Shown here in pieces: positions 10,864 to 21,369 of a DNA stretch of 56,047 nucleotides (positions within the stretch are counted from its first letter, which is position 1; each line of letters starts with the position of its first letter). The notes beneath the pieces were generated by a model, which did not search any database, was not told the DNA's origin, and saw only the letters and a list, made by a program, of their open reading frames with translations. This DNA is from Corallochytrium limacisporum Hawaii (taxonomy: Eukaryota; Protista; Pluriformea): the NCBI GenBank assembly GCA_002811645.1, contig PDIP01000135.1:1-56047 (forward strand), in the 5' to 3' direction. The translations under genes were made by a program, and so were the position numbers.

Positions 10864-12801
10864 ATGGGTCTGTTGTCTCTGGGCACCCCACTCGCCTGGG
10901 AGAACGTCCGCAATTATACTGATCATGTGCGAAAGCATGGCATTGAGCAGTTCCTCCACATTTACAAGAATGTCAAAGGACGGCAAGGAGATGAATTGAA
11001 ATGGGGAGACGAGGTAGAATACTATGTGGTGGAACTTGACGACAAGAACAAGCGCGCTACCCTGAAGCTGAGGAGTGCAGAGATCCTTCAGGAACTGCAA
11101 AAGGAGGAAGAGGCAGGTAACCCTCGTGCATTGTGGCGTCCGGAATACGGAAGTTTCATGATTGAATCCACCCCTGGAAATCCCTATGGATCGCAAGTCC
11201 ACGACTTCGTCAAAGTCGAGGAGAACATGGTCTTGCGTCGGAAGATGATGATTGAGGAGATGAAGGGCAATGAAATCCCCATTTCCTTGACCTCCTTCCC
11301 GCGTATGGGCTGTCCAAACTTCACTAGTCCGGCATATGAGCCGTACGGTCCTGCGGCCAGATCTTTGTTCATTCCCGATCAAGCCATCAATCCACATGCC
11401 CGCTTTCCAACCCTGACTCGCAATATTCGTACCCGTCGTGGCCGTCGGGTCATCATCAATGTGCCAATCTACAAAGATGTAAACACTCCGAATCCGTTCA
11501 TCGAAACATTTACAAACGACGATGGGGAGGCTGCCAAGGCTGCTAAGCCAGATCACATCTATATGGATGCTATGTGCTTTGGAATGGGTTGCAGCTGTCT
11601 GCAAGCAACCTTCCAAGCCTGTTCCATCGAAGAAGCCAGGAATCTGTATGACCAGCTGGCGGTGTTAACACCAATCATGTTGGCTCTAAGTGCTGGAGCA
11701 CCAATCTTTCGCGGGTACCTAGCAGATGTCGACTGTCGTTGGGATGTGATAGCGGGATCCGTCGATGACCGCACTACCGGGGAATTAGGTGAGACAGAGA
11801 ATGACTCCACGACGGGAAAGCCGCCGCGCTTCCGGATTCCGAAGAGTCGCTATGACTCAATTAGCGCATACATTGGTACGGACACTATGTTCAAGGACAA
11901 GTACAATGACATTGATCTCGTGCACGACAAAGACATTTACCAAAAGCTGGTCAGCAACGGTATTGATCATGCCCTCGCCATGCATATTAGTCACTTGTTT
12001 ATTCGGGATCCGTTAGTCATCTACGAGGAGAAACTGAACCAGGATAATGCCAACGATAGCGACCATTTCGAAAACATTCAGAGCACCAACTGGCAAACTA
12101 CGCGCTTCAAGCCACCGCCCCCCAATTCTCCAATTGGCTGGCGTGTCGAATTCCGGTCAATGGAGGTGCAAACAACAGATTTCGAGAACGCGGCGTATAT
12201 TGTCTTCATCGTGCTCATCACTCGTGTGATTCTTAGCTTCCGACTGAATCTCTATGTCCCCCTGAGCCTGGTGGACGTGAACATGAAACGAGCACAGAAG
12301 CGAGATGCCGTATTGAACGAACGATTCCACTTCCGTAAGCAGCTCAGCAACCAAAATAGCGCACTGTCCCTGAATGGTGACGGAAGCAGCGCTGGAGATC
12401 CGGATGCTCATGAAGAAATGGACATGAACACCATCATTAATGGCAAGCCAGGAACTTTCCCGGGCCTGATTCCGCTGATTCATGTCTATCTCAACTCTAT
12501 GGAGGTTGATCTTGAGTCCCGATGCACGATCCATTCGTATCTGGCACTCATCGGCAAGCGCGCCAGTGGTCAGCTTAAGACCACTGCCCGGTGGATGCGG
12601 GACGAAGTTCTGAACCATCCGGAATACAAAAAAGACTCGGTGGTGTCCGACCAGATTGCTTACGATCTCATTAAGAAGTGCGATGATTTGGTGAATGGAC
12701 GCATCGATGCCCCGGAGCTATTGGGCAACAATTACCGTGATCCGCCACAAGGCTTTGGCATGAACACTGGACTGACACCTAGGAGGACTCCTCAAGGCTA
12801 G
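10864..12801 (+). CDS. GCLC: Glutamate-cysteine ligase catalytic subunit (eukaryotic gamma-GCS)
   Basis: MGLLSLGTPL start, LKWGDEVEY, WRPEYGSFMIESTPG, IYMDAMCFGMGCSCLQ, HFENIQSTNWQT, IGWRVEFRSMEVQ. Confidence 0.98.
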   Translation: MGLLSLGTPLAWENVRNYTDHVRKHGIEQFLHIYKNVKGRQGDELKWGDEVEYYVVELDDKNKRATLKLRSAEILQELQKEEEAGNPRALWRPEYGSFMIESTPGNPYGSQVHDFVKVEENMVLRRKMMIEEMKGNEIPISLTSFPRMGCPNFTSPAYEPYGPAARSLFIPDQAINPHARFPTLTRNIRTRRGRRVIINVPIYKDVNTPNPFIETFTNDDGEAAKAAKPDHIYMDAMCFGMGCSCLQATFQACSIEEARNLYDQLAVLTPIMLALSAGAPIFRGYLADVDCRWDVIAGSVDDRTTGELGETENDSTTGKPPRFRIPKSRYDSISAYIGTDTMFKDKYNDIDLVHDKDIYQKLVSNGIDHALAMHISHLFIRDPLVIYEEKLNQDNANDSDHFENIQSTNWQTTRFKPPPPNSPIGWRVEFRSMEVQTTDFENAAYIVFIVLITRVILSFRLNLYVPLSLVDVNMKRAQKRDAVLNERFHFRKQLSNQNSALSLNGDGSSAGDPDAHEEMDMNTIINGKPGTFPGLIPLIHVYLNSMEVDLESRCTIHSYLALIGKRASGQLKTTARWMRDEVLNHPEYKKDSVVSDQIAYDLIKKCDDLVNGRIDAPELLGNNYRDPPQGFGMNTGLTPRRTPQG

Positions 12802-13021
12802 TGAGGATTGAATAGTTACTACTGATTTTTGTTGATGTCACCACCAACAGAATATAAACCACATTTAATGATTTTTCGTCATGGCAATGAAACCAGAGTC
12901 TCCCAAGTAATGTTACCTAGATGAAGATGTGCCCAAATTAGAGTGATGTCGACTATATTGAAACAAATATCTGTAAGAACACAAAGTTGTACTGCTGCTG
13001 CTGAAAGTGAAATGCGTAAAT

Positions 13022-15622
13022 TCAGAACAACTCACCAATGCAGCAGCGCACGCCACCACCACCGACTCGCTCAACAGTGGAAATATCCGCATGGAGAATG
13101 TGGCCATCATCTGGGTAGAATCTGGTAATAACGTCCATCTGTTCCTTTGTAAACGCGTTGTACGCTTGGTCACTCATGACCAGGCACGGCTCATCAGCAC
13201 CATTGAGCACCTCCAGGATGTTACCACAGAACTTCATGACCTGCTCCCAGGTGATCGCCACTAGTGTGTGGTGTTTTGTCGCCTCTTCTATAAACATGGC
13301 CCGCTCCTTTGAATCCCTGATGGTTTCGACGGCTGCAATGATAAGCTCCGTACCAACGTACATCATGACATTGGTGTGATAGATGCTGCGTCCTTGGTCA
13401 TCGCAGCTGTGGAAGGCAACTTTTTCGTACCCATAGCGCGCACACCAGTCGTTTAGCGCCTGTTCGTGACACCTTTCGCTGATGTTGGCAAAGACCCGGC
13501 GATGAGGACGATCAAATATTAGCACTCCGGTGGACTCACAGAATTGGTTGAGCGTTTCATGCTCGTCATGGAAATCCACCACCACAGGGTAAAGCCGACT
13601 GAGCTCCTGCATAATATCCGGACGGCGTTCTCTGCGGCGATTTTCGGCCTTCATTGGATAGGTGATAAGTACCGATTCCTGGTTCAATTCACCTGTGGTG
13701 GGGTCCCGAATTGACTGTGGTGGGTGGGTCGAGAACCAGTTGTTCACAAAAGTGGCATCTGGGGTGTCGTGGTAAGCCTCGTAGTCCCACAGCAAGATGC
13801 GGACACCCGCTTGAGTAAGAACTTGATGGAATACAGCGTACTCCTGCAGTGCCGCAGCCTGAATTTCCTGCTTGGTCATGTTCAAATCGCCCTGCATAAA
13901 GTAGTTATCCACTAGGGTCTCAAGATTCTGATAAAATGCCGTCGGTGCAACCATGAGCACACTATTGGTGGATTGGGACGTGGCCGTGTTATCGGGAACA
14001 ACCATGCCGTGGCCGTACAACTCGCTGTCTGCCTCACTCATTTCTGGACTGCGGAGACCTGGCTTGGGACGTGCGGGCAAACCTTGGTGGCCATCGACTG
14101 CGGGACCCCCTTTTCCATTCTGGGGGCTGCCATTGACTGCGAGCGATATCTGCCCGACATCAGCCAGCGTCGAATTACTGCGGGCCACAGGTATCGGTTG
14201 CCGGCGATTTTCCCGAGGCTCGCGCTCCAGTACCTGTACGACACAGTGAATACCACCAACCCACATGATGTTGTGTTGCCTACCATCCTCACCAATGCCA
14301 CCAACCACTTCAATAGTACCATCGAAGACTTCGTCTTCGGCCAGAATGCGTGCCATTTCGGCATCCTCAACCAAAATATGTCCATTACCGAGGTTCAGGA
14401 CATGACAAGGATAGCATTCCGTGCGGTCAGGCATGGGGATAACATGAAACCCCCTCAGTCTCAGGTACTCGCTAAGTTCGACATTCTGTACGCAACACGA
14501 GTACGGGCCTCCTGGACCGTCACCACCGTTGGAGACACCATTGGCCATGGTCTCTGGAGGCAGGCTGTCTGTGCGACGCCATTCATCGACCAGACGCCTA
14601 CGGGGACTCGAATCACCCATGCACGACTCCAACATGATTACACAGTTATCGCTAATGAAATTGAGAATAAACCCGAGGTGCATACGCTCTTGGCTGCGAT
14701 CAAAGATATCCCGGACGACCGCAACACAATCAGTGCCCAACAGATCCTGTGACATGAGGTAATGGGCCGCAAATCGATTAGTACGAGCACCAATGCCAAG
14801 GAAACACAGGTTCTCGCCCATCGGCAGAAAATCGCCGCCCTCTAAGACGCCCGGTGCCGGTATGCTTGCTAAAACAGGAATCTGCAGCTTTGAGAGAGCT
14901 TCCTCGATAATCGGAATTTCTGGTCGCCGCTGCTCTGAATTCGGTCTGCCGAGCACTAGGCCACTGTGAGTGTTGATCGCAATGTCCCTCGTAAAGATGA
15001 GATTTGTGAGGGGCTGGAAGGATACATATTCGGTAGCCAGAGCGTGATTAATACTGCTCTTGACCAATGTAATGACCGGCCTCGTGAGCACGATATCGAT
15101 CAATTGCTCCACTTCCATCTTGCGCAGCGCTGCCTCTTTATACTCGTTACTGAGCAGACGCAACTCGCCCCGCGTGAGCAAGGAAGTATCACTTGCGGCG
15201 TCGAGTTGGTAAGTAAGAATGTCTTTGGCAAACTTTTCTAGCCGTACCCGTTGGCGCATATCTGCTTGAATACCAGCCCGCATCATGTCGTCGACGAGGA
15301 AGACTTCGATGCCCCTCTTGGTGAATGTGTCAATCAACAGCTGTTGGGTGCGCTCAGCTTGTCCCAGGTCCACCACATCATTGTAAAGCGAGCCAATTGG
15401 GTGAAGGTTCCCCATGAAGTTACCAAGTCGACTAAAATGCATCATTACTTTCGTTACGCGGTCATTTTCGTGCTGCTGTGTCCATGTGCCCTTTAGAATG
15501 CTCCCATCATCCGGTGCCCAGCTGATGGGCGAATGAGCACCCGACGACCTTCTTCCAGGCCCATTGTTATCAAAACTCCGGATGGCACCGGGAATCATAC
15601 CATTGGCAATTGGTGTTACCAT
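13022..15622 (-). CDS. Two-module pentein fusion: N-terminal eukaryotic-type arginine deiminase + C-terminal amidinotransferase-family (CtlX-like) hydrolase
   Basis: Module 1 (about 14222-15480): NLIFTRD, LEGGDF, RMHLG, GGIHC. Module 2 (13022-about 13980): STNSVLMVAPTAF, TPDATFVNNWFS, ESTGVLIFDR, IYHTNVMM, GGGGVRCCIGELF. Confidence 0.88.
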   Translation of the reverse strand: MVTPIANGMIPGAIRSFDNNGPGRRSSGAHSPISWAPDDGSILKGTWTQQHENDRVTKVMMHFSRLGNFMGNLHPIGSLYNDVVDLGQAERTQQLLIDTFTKRGIEVFLVDDMMRAGIQADMRQRVRLEKFAKDILTYQLDAASDTSLLTRGELRLLSNEYKEAALRKMEVEQLIDIVLTRPVITLVKSSINHALATEYVSFQPLTNLIFTRDIAINTHSGLVLGRPNSEQRRPEIPIIEEALSKLQIPVLASIPAPGVLEGGDFLPMGENLCFLGIGARTNRFAAHYLMSQDLLGTDCVAVVRDIFDRSQERMHLGFILNFISDNCVIMLESCMGDSSPRRRLVDEWRRTDSLPPETMANGVSNGGDGPGGPYSCCVQNVELSEYLRLRGFHVIPMPDRTECYPCHVLNLGNGHILVEDAEMARILAEDEVFDGTIEVVGGIGEDGRQHNIMWVGGIHCVVQVLEREPRENRRQPIPVARSNSTLADVGQISLAVNGSPQNGKGGPAVDGHQGLPARPKPGLRSPEMSEADSELYGHGMVVPDNTATSQSTNSVLMVAPTAFYQNLETLVDNYFMQGDLNMTKQEIQAAALQEYAVFHQVLTQAGVRILLWDYEAYHDTPDATFVNNWFSTHPPQSIRDPTTGELNQESVLITYPMKAENRRRERRPDIMQELSRLYPVVVDFHDEHETLNQFCESTGVLIFDRPHRRVFANISERCHEQALNDWCARYGYEKVAFHSCDDQGRSIYHTNVMMYVGTELIIAAVETIRDSKERAMFIEEATKHHTLVAITWEQVMKFCGNILEVLNGADEPCLVMSDQAYNAFTKEQMDVITRFYPDDGHILHADISTVERVGGGGVRCCIGELF

Positions 15623-16084
15623 TCTGCTTGGTTTTCATGCAGTATTTAGTCTCTACACAGTGCAGCACACGGCCATGTACTTCACCCTACTACACAGAAA
15701 GTACAATGGACCCGTTTCTGGCAACAACACAAATACGGAGTCCGAGACAATCATGCAGTCATTGCGCGCTAACCACTTTTCCTTCACTGTCTTCGCTCAC
15801 GTACCCTCACTATCCACAGCCCTTCAACCCTCTTTGTGAACAGTTGTTCCATGCGAATCCCTTGAAACTTAGTGGCACACCATCCGAACGAGGTGGACGA
15901 AACCCCGAGCACGCCATCCCCTCGAGGGGGGCCTTCTGATCGGCCCCAGCTATCACCGAGACGCTCCCCCACTACCTGCTCTTTCGGGCCGGCGCAGAGC
16001 TGGGGCGGCCTAAAGGGTTTTGGAAAATGGGGAAGGTCGGTAGGTGGGGTCCCGGTCATTTTGACAGAACCCCCCTATTTTTGT

Positions 16085-17170
16085 TTCTCTCTCTCTCTCT
16101 CTCTCTGCAAGCCAAAAAAAAGCCCCTGGTGCTCGCTCCTCCCCTTCCCCCCCCCCGGGAGGGGGGTCTCCCTCCACTCACAGACACACACACTCTCTCT
16201 CTCTCTCTCTCTCTCTCGCCGTGTCTTGGTAGCGTGGCTTCCGCCTCTCGGCTGGCGTTGGCCACTTTGTCTCAATTTTTTTTAAAATTCCTGGGCCCCA
16301 GGGCGCTCGAAGCTTTTTCTTTTCCCCTCCCTCCCGGGACTCCTTCCTTTTCCCCGGTTCCTTCTTCTTCGCATTTTCCGTTCTCGAGTGAGTCCGTGGG
16401 GAAGGAAGGCTGGGGTTTGGTTCTCCCGATAATGGCTCAACCGCTGCCCCCCCCTCCTCCCAGCACGTCCCCCGGGGGGGGGGGNNNNNNNNNNNNNNNN
16501 NNNNNNNNNNNNNNNNNNNNNNNNNNNNNNNNNNNNNNNNNNNNNNNNNNNNNNNNNNNNNNNNNNNNNNNNNNNNNNNNNNNNNNNNNNNNNNNNNNNN
16601 NNNNNNNNNNNNNNNNNNNNNNNNNNNNNNNNNNNNNNNNNNNNNNNNNNNNNNNNNNNNNNNNNNNNNNNNNNNNNNNNNNNNNNNNNNNNNNNNNNNN
16701 NNNNNNNNNNNNNNNNNNNNNNNGAGAGCCTTCGTCTCCGAGAGCGTCCCTCGTTTCTTTTCTCTAACCCCCCGGTTTTTTTTTCCCTTTTTCTTCCAGG
16801 CGACGTGGAATGTCTGGTGCGGCACAGGGGGGAGGGGGGGGGGCGGGCGCCGCAGGAGGAAAGACGAGAACCCACGGTTCATTCGCGCTCTCAACTGGCG
16901 GGCGGGCGGCTGGGAAACCGGGTGCTGGGAGAGGGGGACTCTTGACCCCCTCCCTTTGGGTTCACAAGGCGGAAGGAGCGACAGTGAGACAGTGAGAGAG
17001 AGTGTGTGTCTGTGGTTGAGGGGGCATTGTGAGAAAAGCCGAGGTCAGTGTGTGTTGCCGCAAAGCGCAACCGACAATTGCGCACACTTTCTAGCCGACT
17101 TGGGTGCAACGGGGGACGCGAGAGAAGAGGCGATTCTTTCAACTCTCTCTCTCTCTCTCTGAGTGAGTGT
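16085..17170. repeat. Low-complexity region with (CT)n/(CA)n/(GA)n microsatellites and C/G homopolymers around the gap
   Basis: (CT)n at about 16086-16106, 16192-16217 and 17143-17160; poly-C and poly-G runs. Confidence 0.8.
16485..16723. other. Assembly gap (N run) flanked by low-complexity, probably low-quality sequence
   Basis: N run preceded by a poly-G tract. Confidence 0.99.
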
Positions 17171-17707
17171 GTCATGTTCGTACTCCCGGTTGCTGCGCAG
17201 ATCCGCGCGCTCGGTTGCAACCCCAGTCCATTTTTTTTTCCTTTCGGGGCCTGCGTCCCTGCCATGTTGTAGCTTTTTGGTGGACGGTGCCGATGCGTGC
17301 GTCGAAGGACGAATACGCACCCACAGACGCACATGGGAATAAAGAAGCAGGGGCTGGGTCCATTGATCGAAGTGCGGCATCCTTTGTGGCATGCAGCTGA
17401 CGAGTGAGTCACCTGCATTACACGGTATTCCTGAACTGATTCTACATGGTTGCGTTGGAGTGCATTGGTCACTTGTGTCCTTCGTGTTGTTTTGGTGGGA
17501 TGGAAGTGTTCATCTCGGAAACGGTCGCTACCTGCGCACAGGTGGCTGCGCGCCGTACCGGACATTGCAGCCCCAAACTAAATTATCACCAGCCCCGGGT
17601 GTACAGGCTCCGGCCTTAATTCGAATTCAGAAATTGGGCTCTTCTTCTGAACACTTCTCCAGATCGTTTTCTCAGGGTGGTATGCTAGCTGAACCCTAAA
17701 TATTATC

Positions 17708-17730
17708 ATTTCTCAGTTTCACTGAGAAAT
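17708..17730. repeat. Perfect 10-bp inverted repeat with a 3-nt loop
   Basis: ATTTCTCAGT-TTC-ACTGAGAAAT. Confidence 0.8.
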
Positions 17731-18142
17731 TAGGCCCCAGTCATTCGGCCATGGGGGGGCCAGGGTGCCCGGGGAAGGAGGCCCTTTGCAGAGGCTCTCG
17801 TCACTAACGGGAGAAATATGGGACTCACAGGGCTGCCCCCCTCCCGGGGAAGAGTGGTGACCGCTGTCGCATGGGGGGCGGGTCTCTGGGCTTTGTCTGC
17901 ACCCATGCGCAGGGGGGGTGTCACAGTGCGTGGCGATGGAACATTTATTTTCGCTTGGTTGCTTTGGGATTTCAATGATTCCATGACTTGGAATTGAAAC
18001 TACTTCAGACGTCCTTTAGCTTTTTCAAGTTTATGACGACAGCCTTGGTCTTCGATACCTTCATCTAGTCCGACAAGAAACCCTGTAATCATGAAAGGAC
18101 TGTTGTGACAGGAACAAATTACAACTCCAAAGTACAAACAAA

Positions 18143-21091
18143 ATGGCACCTTCAACAAAACGGAAGGCGGTGTCTTCCATTTTAGAAGTGGATGATGACA
18201 GTGATGGCCTTGACTTTCCTTCTATTGGCTTTTCGAAAACTAGGGTAACGAAAGCTTTCAAATCTGCCGGAAACGACGATGACGATGATGACATTGACGG
18301 AGGATCCGCGGGCGGAACCTTGAGCCAGGTCAAAGATACCGTTGCTGCACAGCAGCAAGTGCGAAAGCAGGTACAAAGAGCAAATGATAGCAAAGAAGCG
18401 CGCAAAGCCCGCAAATCTGGTGGGTTCCAGACGATGGGACTGAGTGGACCGGTGCTGAAAGCGATCGCGCAGAAAGGTTACAAATTGCCGACACCAATCC
18501 AGCGAAAAGCTATCCCACCTATTCTTGAAGGTAGAGATGTTGTTGCTATGGCTAGGACAGGTAGTGGTAAGACAGCAGCGTTCCTCCTGCCGTTCTTTGA
18601 GCGTATGATTGCCACAAGCAGAATGGTTGGCTCTGGTGGAGGTATGGCTGCTCGCAATGGTATCAAGGGCTTAATTCTTGCACCCACTCGCGAACTAGCT
18701 TTGCAGAGCTTAAAATTTGTGAAAGAATTAGGAAAATACGTGGAAATGACCAGCGCGCTGATTGTAGGTGGTGATTCTATGGAAGATCACTTTGCGGTGA
18801 TGCGTCAAAAGCCCAACTTAGTCGTGGCCACCCCTGGCCGATTTCTTCACATTGTCGTTGAAATGGACCTAGATCTTAGCTCTGTGGGCTACTGTGTCTT
18901 GGATGAGGCAGATCGTTTATTTGAAATGGGTTTTGCGGAGCAAATTCAACAGATCTTGGCGCGGATTCCAGAGGAACGGCAAATGTGTCTCTTCAGTGCT
19001 ACTTTGCCGCGCATGCTGGTGGAATTCTCACAGGCTGGTTTGCATGACCCCATGCTAATTCGTCTGGATACGGAAACAAAACTTAGCGATGCCTTGCAAC
19101 TACACTACTTTGGGGTCAAACGGGATAGCAAGATTGCCGCCCTGCTTTGGTTGCTGATGGAGGTGATCGATTCCGGGAAAGAGAGTACCGTGGTCTTTGT
19201 GGCAACAAAGCACCATACTGAACTTATCCGCGTGTTGTGTGAGAACTTAGGTATCAGTACGGCTTACATCTACGGCTCCCTTGACCAAACGGAACGAAAG
19301 ATTAACATTGGCAAGTTTCGCAATGGCAAGGCTCGGGTGCTGATTGTAACCGACGTGGCAGCTCGTGGAATTGACATTCCCATTCTTGACAATGTTATTA
19401 ATTTCGACTTTCCCGCCAAACCAAAGTTATTTGTGCATCGTGTCGGTCGTGTGGCTCGTGCTGGAAGGACTGGTACGGCGTACAGCCTGGTTAGTAATGA
19501 TGAGATCCCATACTTGATTGATCTGCATTTGTTCCTGGGGCGACCACTGTTGAGCACTGCTCGAGAGCACAGCAAAGTCTTTAAAGCCGGTGTAGTTCAG
19601 ACGGCCAAGGAGCATCCAGGTATTTACGGTCTAATTCCCTTTGACACCCTGGCCGCTCATGAGGAGACCTGGGCAAGTCAGCAGGAGACTCACTATGACA
19701 TTTCTCAATTGGCGAAAGTGGTGGAGAATGCTTACAAACTCTACATCAAGTCCCGACCAGTACCATCCAGTGAGAGCGTAAAGCGGGCTAAGCGCATCAT
19801 TCAGGAAACAATGGATACGATACATCCCATGATTGCAGAGGAACTGACGAACCCCAGGAAATGGGCAGACGGGAACGAGAATGGGCACGGTGAAGGTGGA
19901 GAAGGGACCAGTGCTTCGTCCGTCGGGATTTTGAAGATGGACAATGCCCGTGAATCTGCACAGGATCTCTTGAGCCGTATGAAGAGCTACCGACCTTCCC
20001 AGACTATCTTTGAGGCAAACCCACGCTTAGCAGAGACAAGCGCGAGTGCTATGGAGCGCAAACGCAAGCGCCATGACATCAAGATTCTTGAGGAACGCAA
20101 GGAACGTGCACAAAAGAAGAAGGAGCTGGACAACGACGTACGATTCACCGCTTACGCAGACCGTGTAAGTGGGCTGACCGAGGAAGTGGACGACCTTAAC
20201 AGCAACCCTCTTGCCAATGATGATGATGAGGAACCGGGAGTTGTCATCGATGAGCACGCCTATGCGGACAATGACAACGACGATGACACACAACAGGACG
20301 CAAATGAACCTGGCAACAAGAAGAGCTACTTCATTCCCTATAAGCCTAAAGAGTACGAAGCGGACCGAGGCTACACTCTTAATGAGGATGGTGACTTTTT
20401 GGGACAGATGATGAATGCGGAGCTGGATCTTGCAGGGGACGAGAATGCAACTTTGAACAGATCAAAGGCTCAGCTCAAGTGGGATCGGAAGAAGAAGAAG
20501 TATGTCAAGGAAACGGGCGTCTCCAAAAACCAGATGATGCGCACAGAGAGTGGCATGAAGATCCGTAAGTCTGTGCAGACTTCAAGGTATGCAGACTGGC
20601 TCAAACAGAATCGTATCAAAGACGAAGCCGGTACCAGTAATGGCATTGATAAGACAGGTACTGTAACCTTTGGTGACGATGACGACAATGGTGAAAGCGA
20701 GGAAGGTCTTCGCAGACGGGGTGGACGGAAGCAAAAGATTCTTATGGGCAGCGGTCGCCAGTTCAAGCACAAGGCTGGAGTCCCCAAGAATGACCCCTCG
20801 GCGAATGCTTCAGGAGGCAAGAGTGCCAGCGGAAAGAAGGGAGGTAAGCTCACAAGTCGTGGTGGTCTCCGTCACCAGCAGGACATTGTCAAGGAGCGCA
20901 CCCGCAAAGCTCGTGAACAAGAGCACCTGCAATCACGGCGTGAGGCTAAGATGGCTAAACGTGGAGGCAAAGGTGGAGGCGGTAAGCGTAGTGGTCGCAA
21001 GAAAGGCTCTGCGCCTGCTATGGGACGGAAGAAGGGAGGCACAAGTGTTCCCAGCTTTAAGCGTGCCGGCGGTGGTAAGAAGAGGCGTTGA
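18143..21091 (+). CDS. DDX54: ATP-dependent DEAD-box RNA helicase DDX54/Dbp10
   Basis: KSGGFQTMGL Q-motif region, ARTGSGKT, DEAD, FSATLP, HRVGRVARAGR, C-terminal KWDRKKKKYV...RTESG (DBP10CT). Confidence 0.96.
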   Translation: MAPSTKRKAVSSILEVDDDSDGLDFPSIGFSKTRVTKAFKSAGNDDDDDDIDGGSAGGTLSQVKDTVAAQQQVRKQVQRANDSKEARKARKSGGFQTMGLSGPVLKAIAQKGYKLPTPIQRKAIPPILEGRDVVAMARTGSGKTAAFLLPFFERMIATSRMVGSGGGMAARNGIKGLILAPTRELALQSLKFVKELGKYVEMTSALIVGGDSMEDHFAVMRQKPNLVVATPGRFLHIVVEMDLDLSSVGYCVLDEADRLFEMGFAEQIQQILARIPEERQMCLFSATLPRMLVEFSQAGLHDPMLIRLDTETKLSDALQLHYFGVKRDSKIAALLWLLMEVIDSGKESTVVFVATKHHTELIRVLCENLGISTAYIYGSLDQTERKINIGKFRNGKARVLIVTDVAARGIDIPILDNVINFDFPAKPKLFVHRVGRVARAGRTGTAYSLVSNDEIPYLIDLHLFLGRPLLSTAREHSKVFKAGVVQTAKEHPGIYGLIPFDTLAAHEETWASQQETHYDISQLAKVVENAYKLYIKSRPVPSSESVKRAKRIIQETMDTIHPMIAEELTNPRKWADGNENGHGEGGEGTSASSVGILKMDNARESAQDLLSRMKSYRPSQTIFEANPRLAETSASAMERKRKRHDIKILEERKERAQKKKELDNDVRFTAYADRVSGLTEEVDDLNSNPLANDDDEEPGVVIDEHAYADNDNDDDTQQDANEPGNKKSYFIPYKPKEYEADRGYTLNEDGDFLGQMMNAELDLAGDENATLNRSKAQLKWDRKKKKYVKETGVSKNQMMRTESGMKIRKSVQTSRYADWLKQNRIKDEAGTSNGIDKTGTVTFGDDDDNGESEEGLRRRGGRKQKILMGSGRQFKHKAGVPKNDPSANASGGKSASGKKGGKLTSRGGLRHQQDIVKERTRKAREQEHLQSRREAKMAKRGGKGGGGKRSGRKKGSAPAMGRKKGGTSVPSFKRAGGGKKRR

Positions 21092-21344
21092 CAAGTGTTT
21101 CGCTTAGGACCCTATTTTCCTTGTAATAGAAAGACCGGCTGTAGACTGGACAAGTAGTAAGATACGAAGGCACTGTGCGCGTCAAGACGTCACAGCACCT
21201 TTCCGCGTGTTTCTCGCAGTGCTCCCGTAAGTCCCGGTTGGAAATGCCCGGGACACCCTGCTTGGCTCCCTTACAGCTCCGCCGAGAATGACCCGCCAAG
21301 CCGACATTGAGAGGCAAGGGGGCCGGGTTCCAGGCCCCCCTCCG

Positions 21345-21369
21345 CCCCCCCCCCCCCCCGGGGGGGGGG
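21345..21369. repeat. C15-G10 self-complementary homopolymer tract
   Basis: Read directly; lies upstream of the 21900 ORF. Confidence 0.75.

Noticed and set aside
10864-15622. GCLC next to the arginine-catabolic fusion as a metabolic gene cluster
   Set aside because: Convergent orientation, no direct pathway link, and the neighbours are unrelated housekeeping genes.
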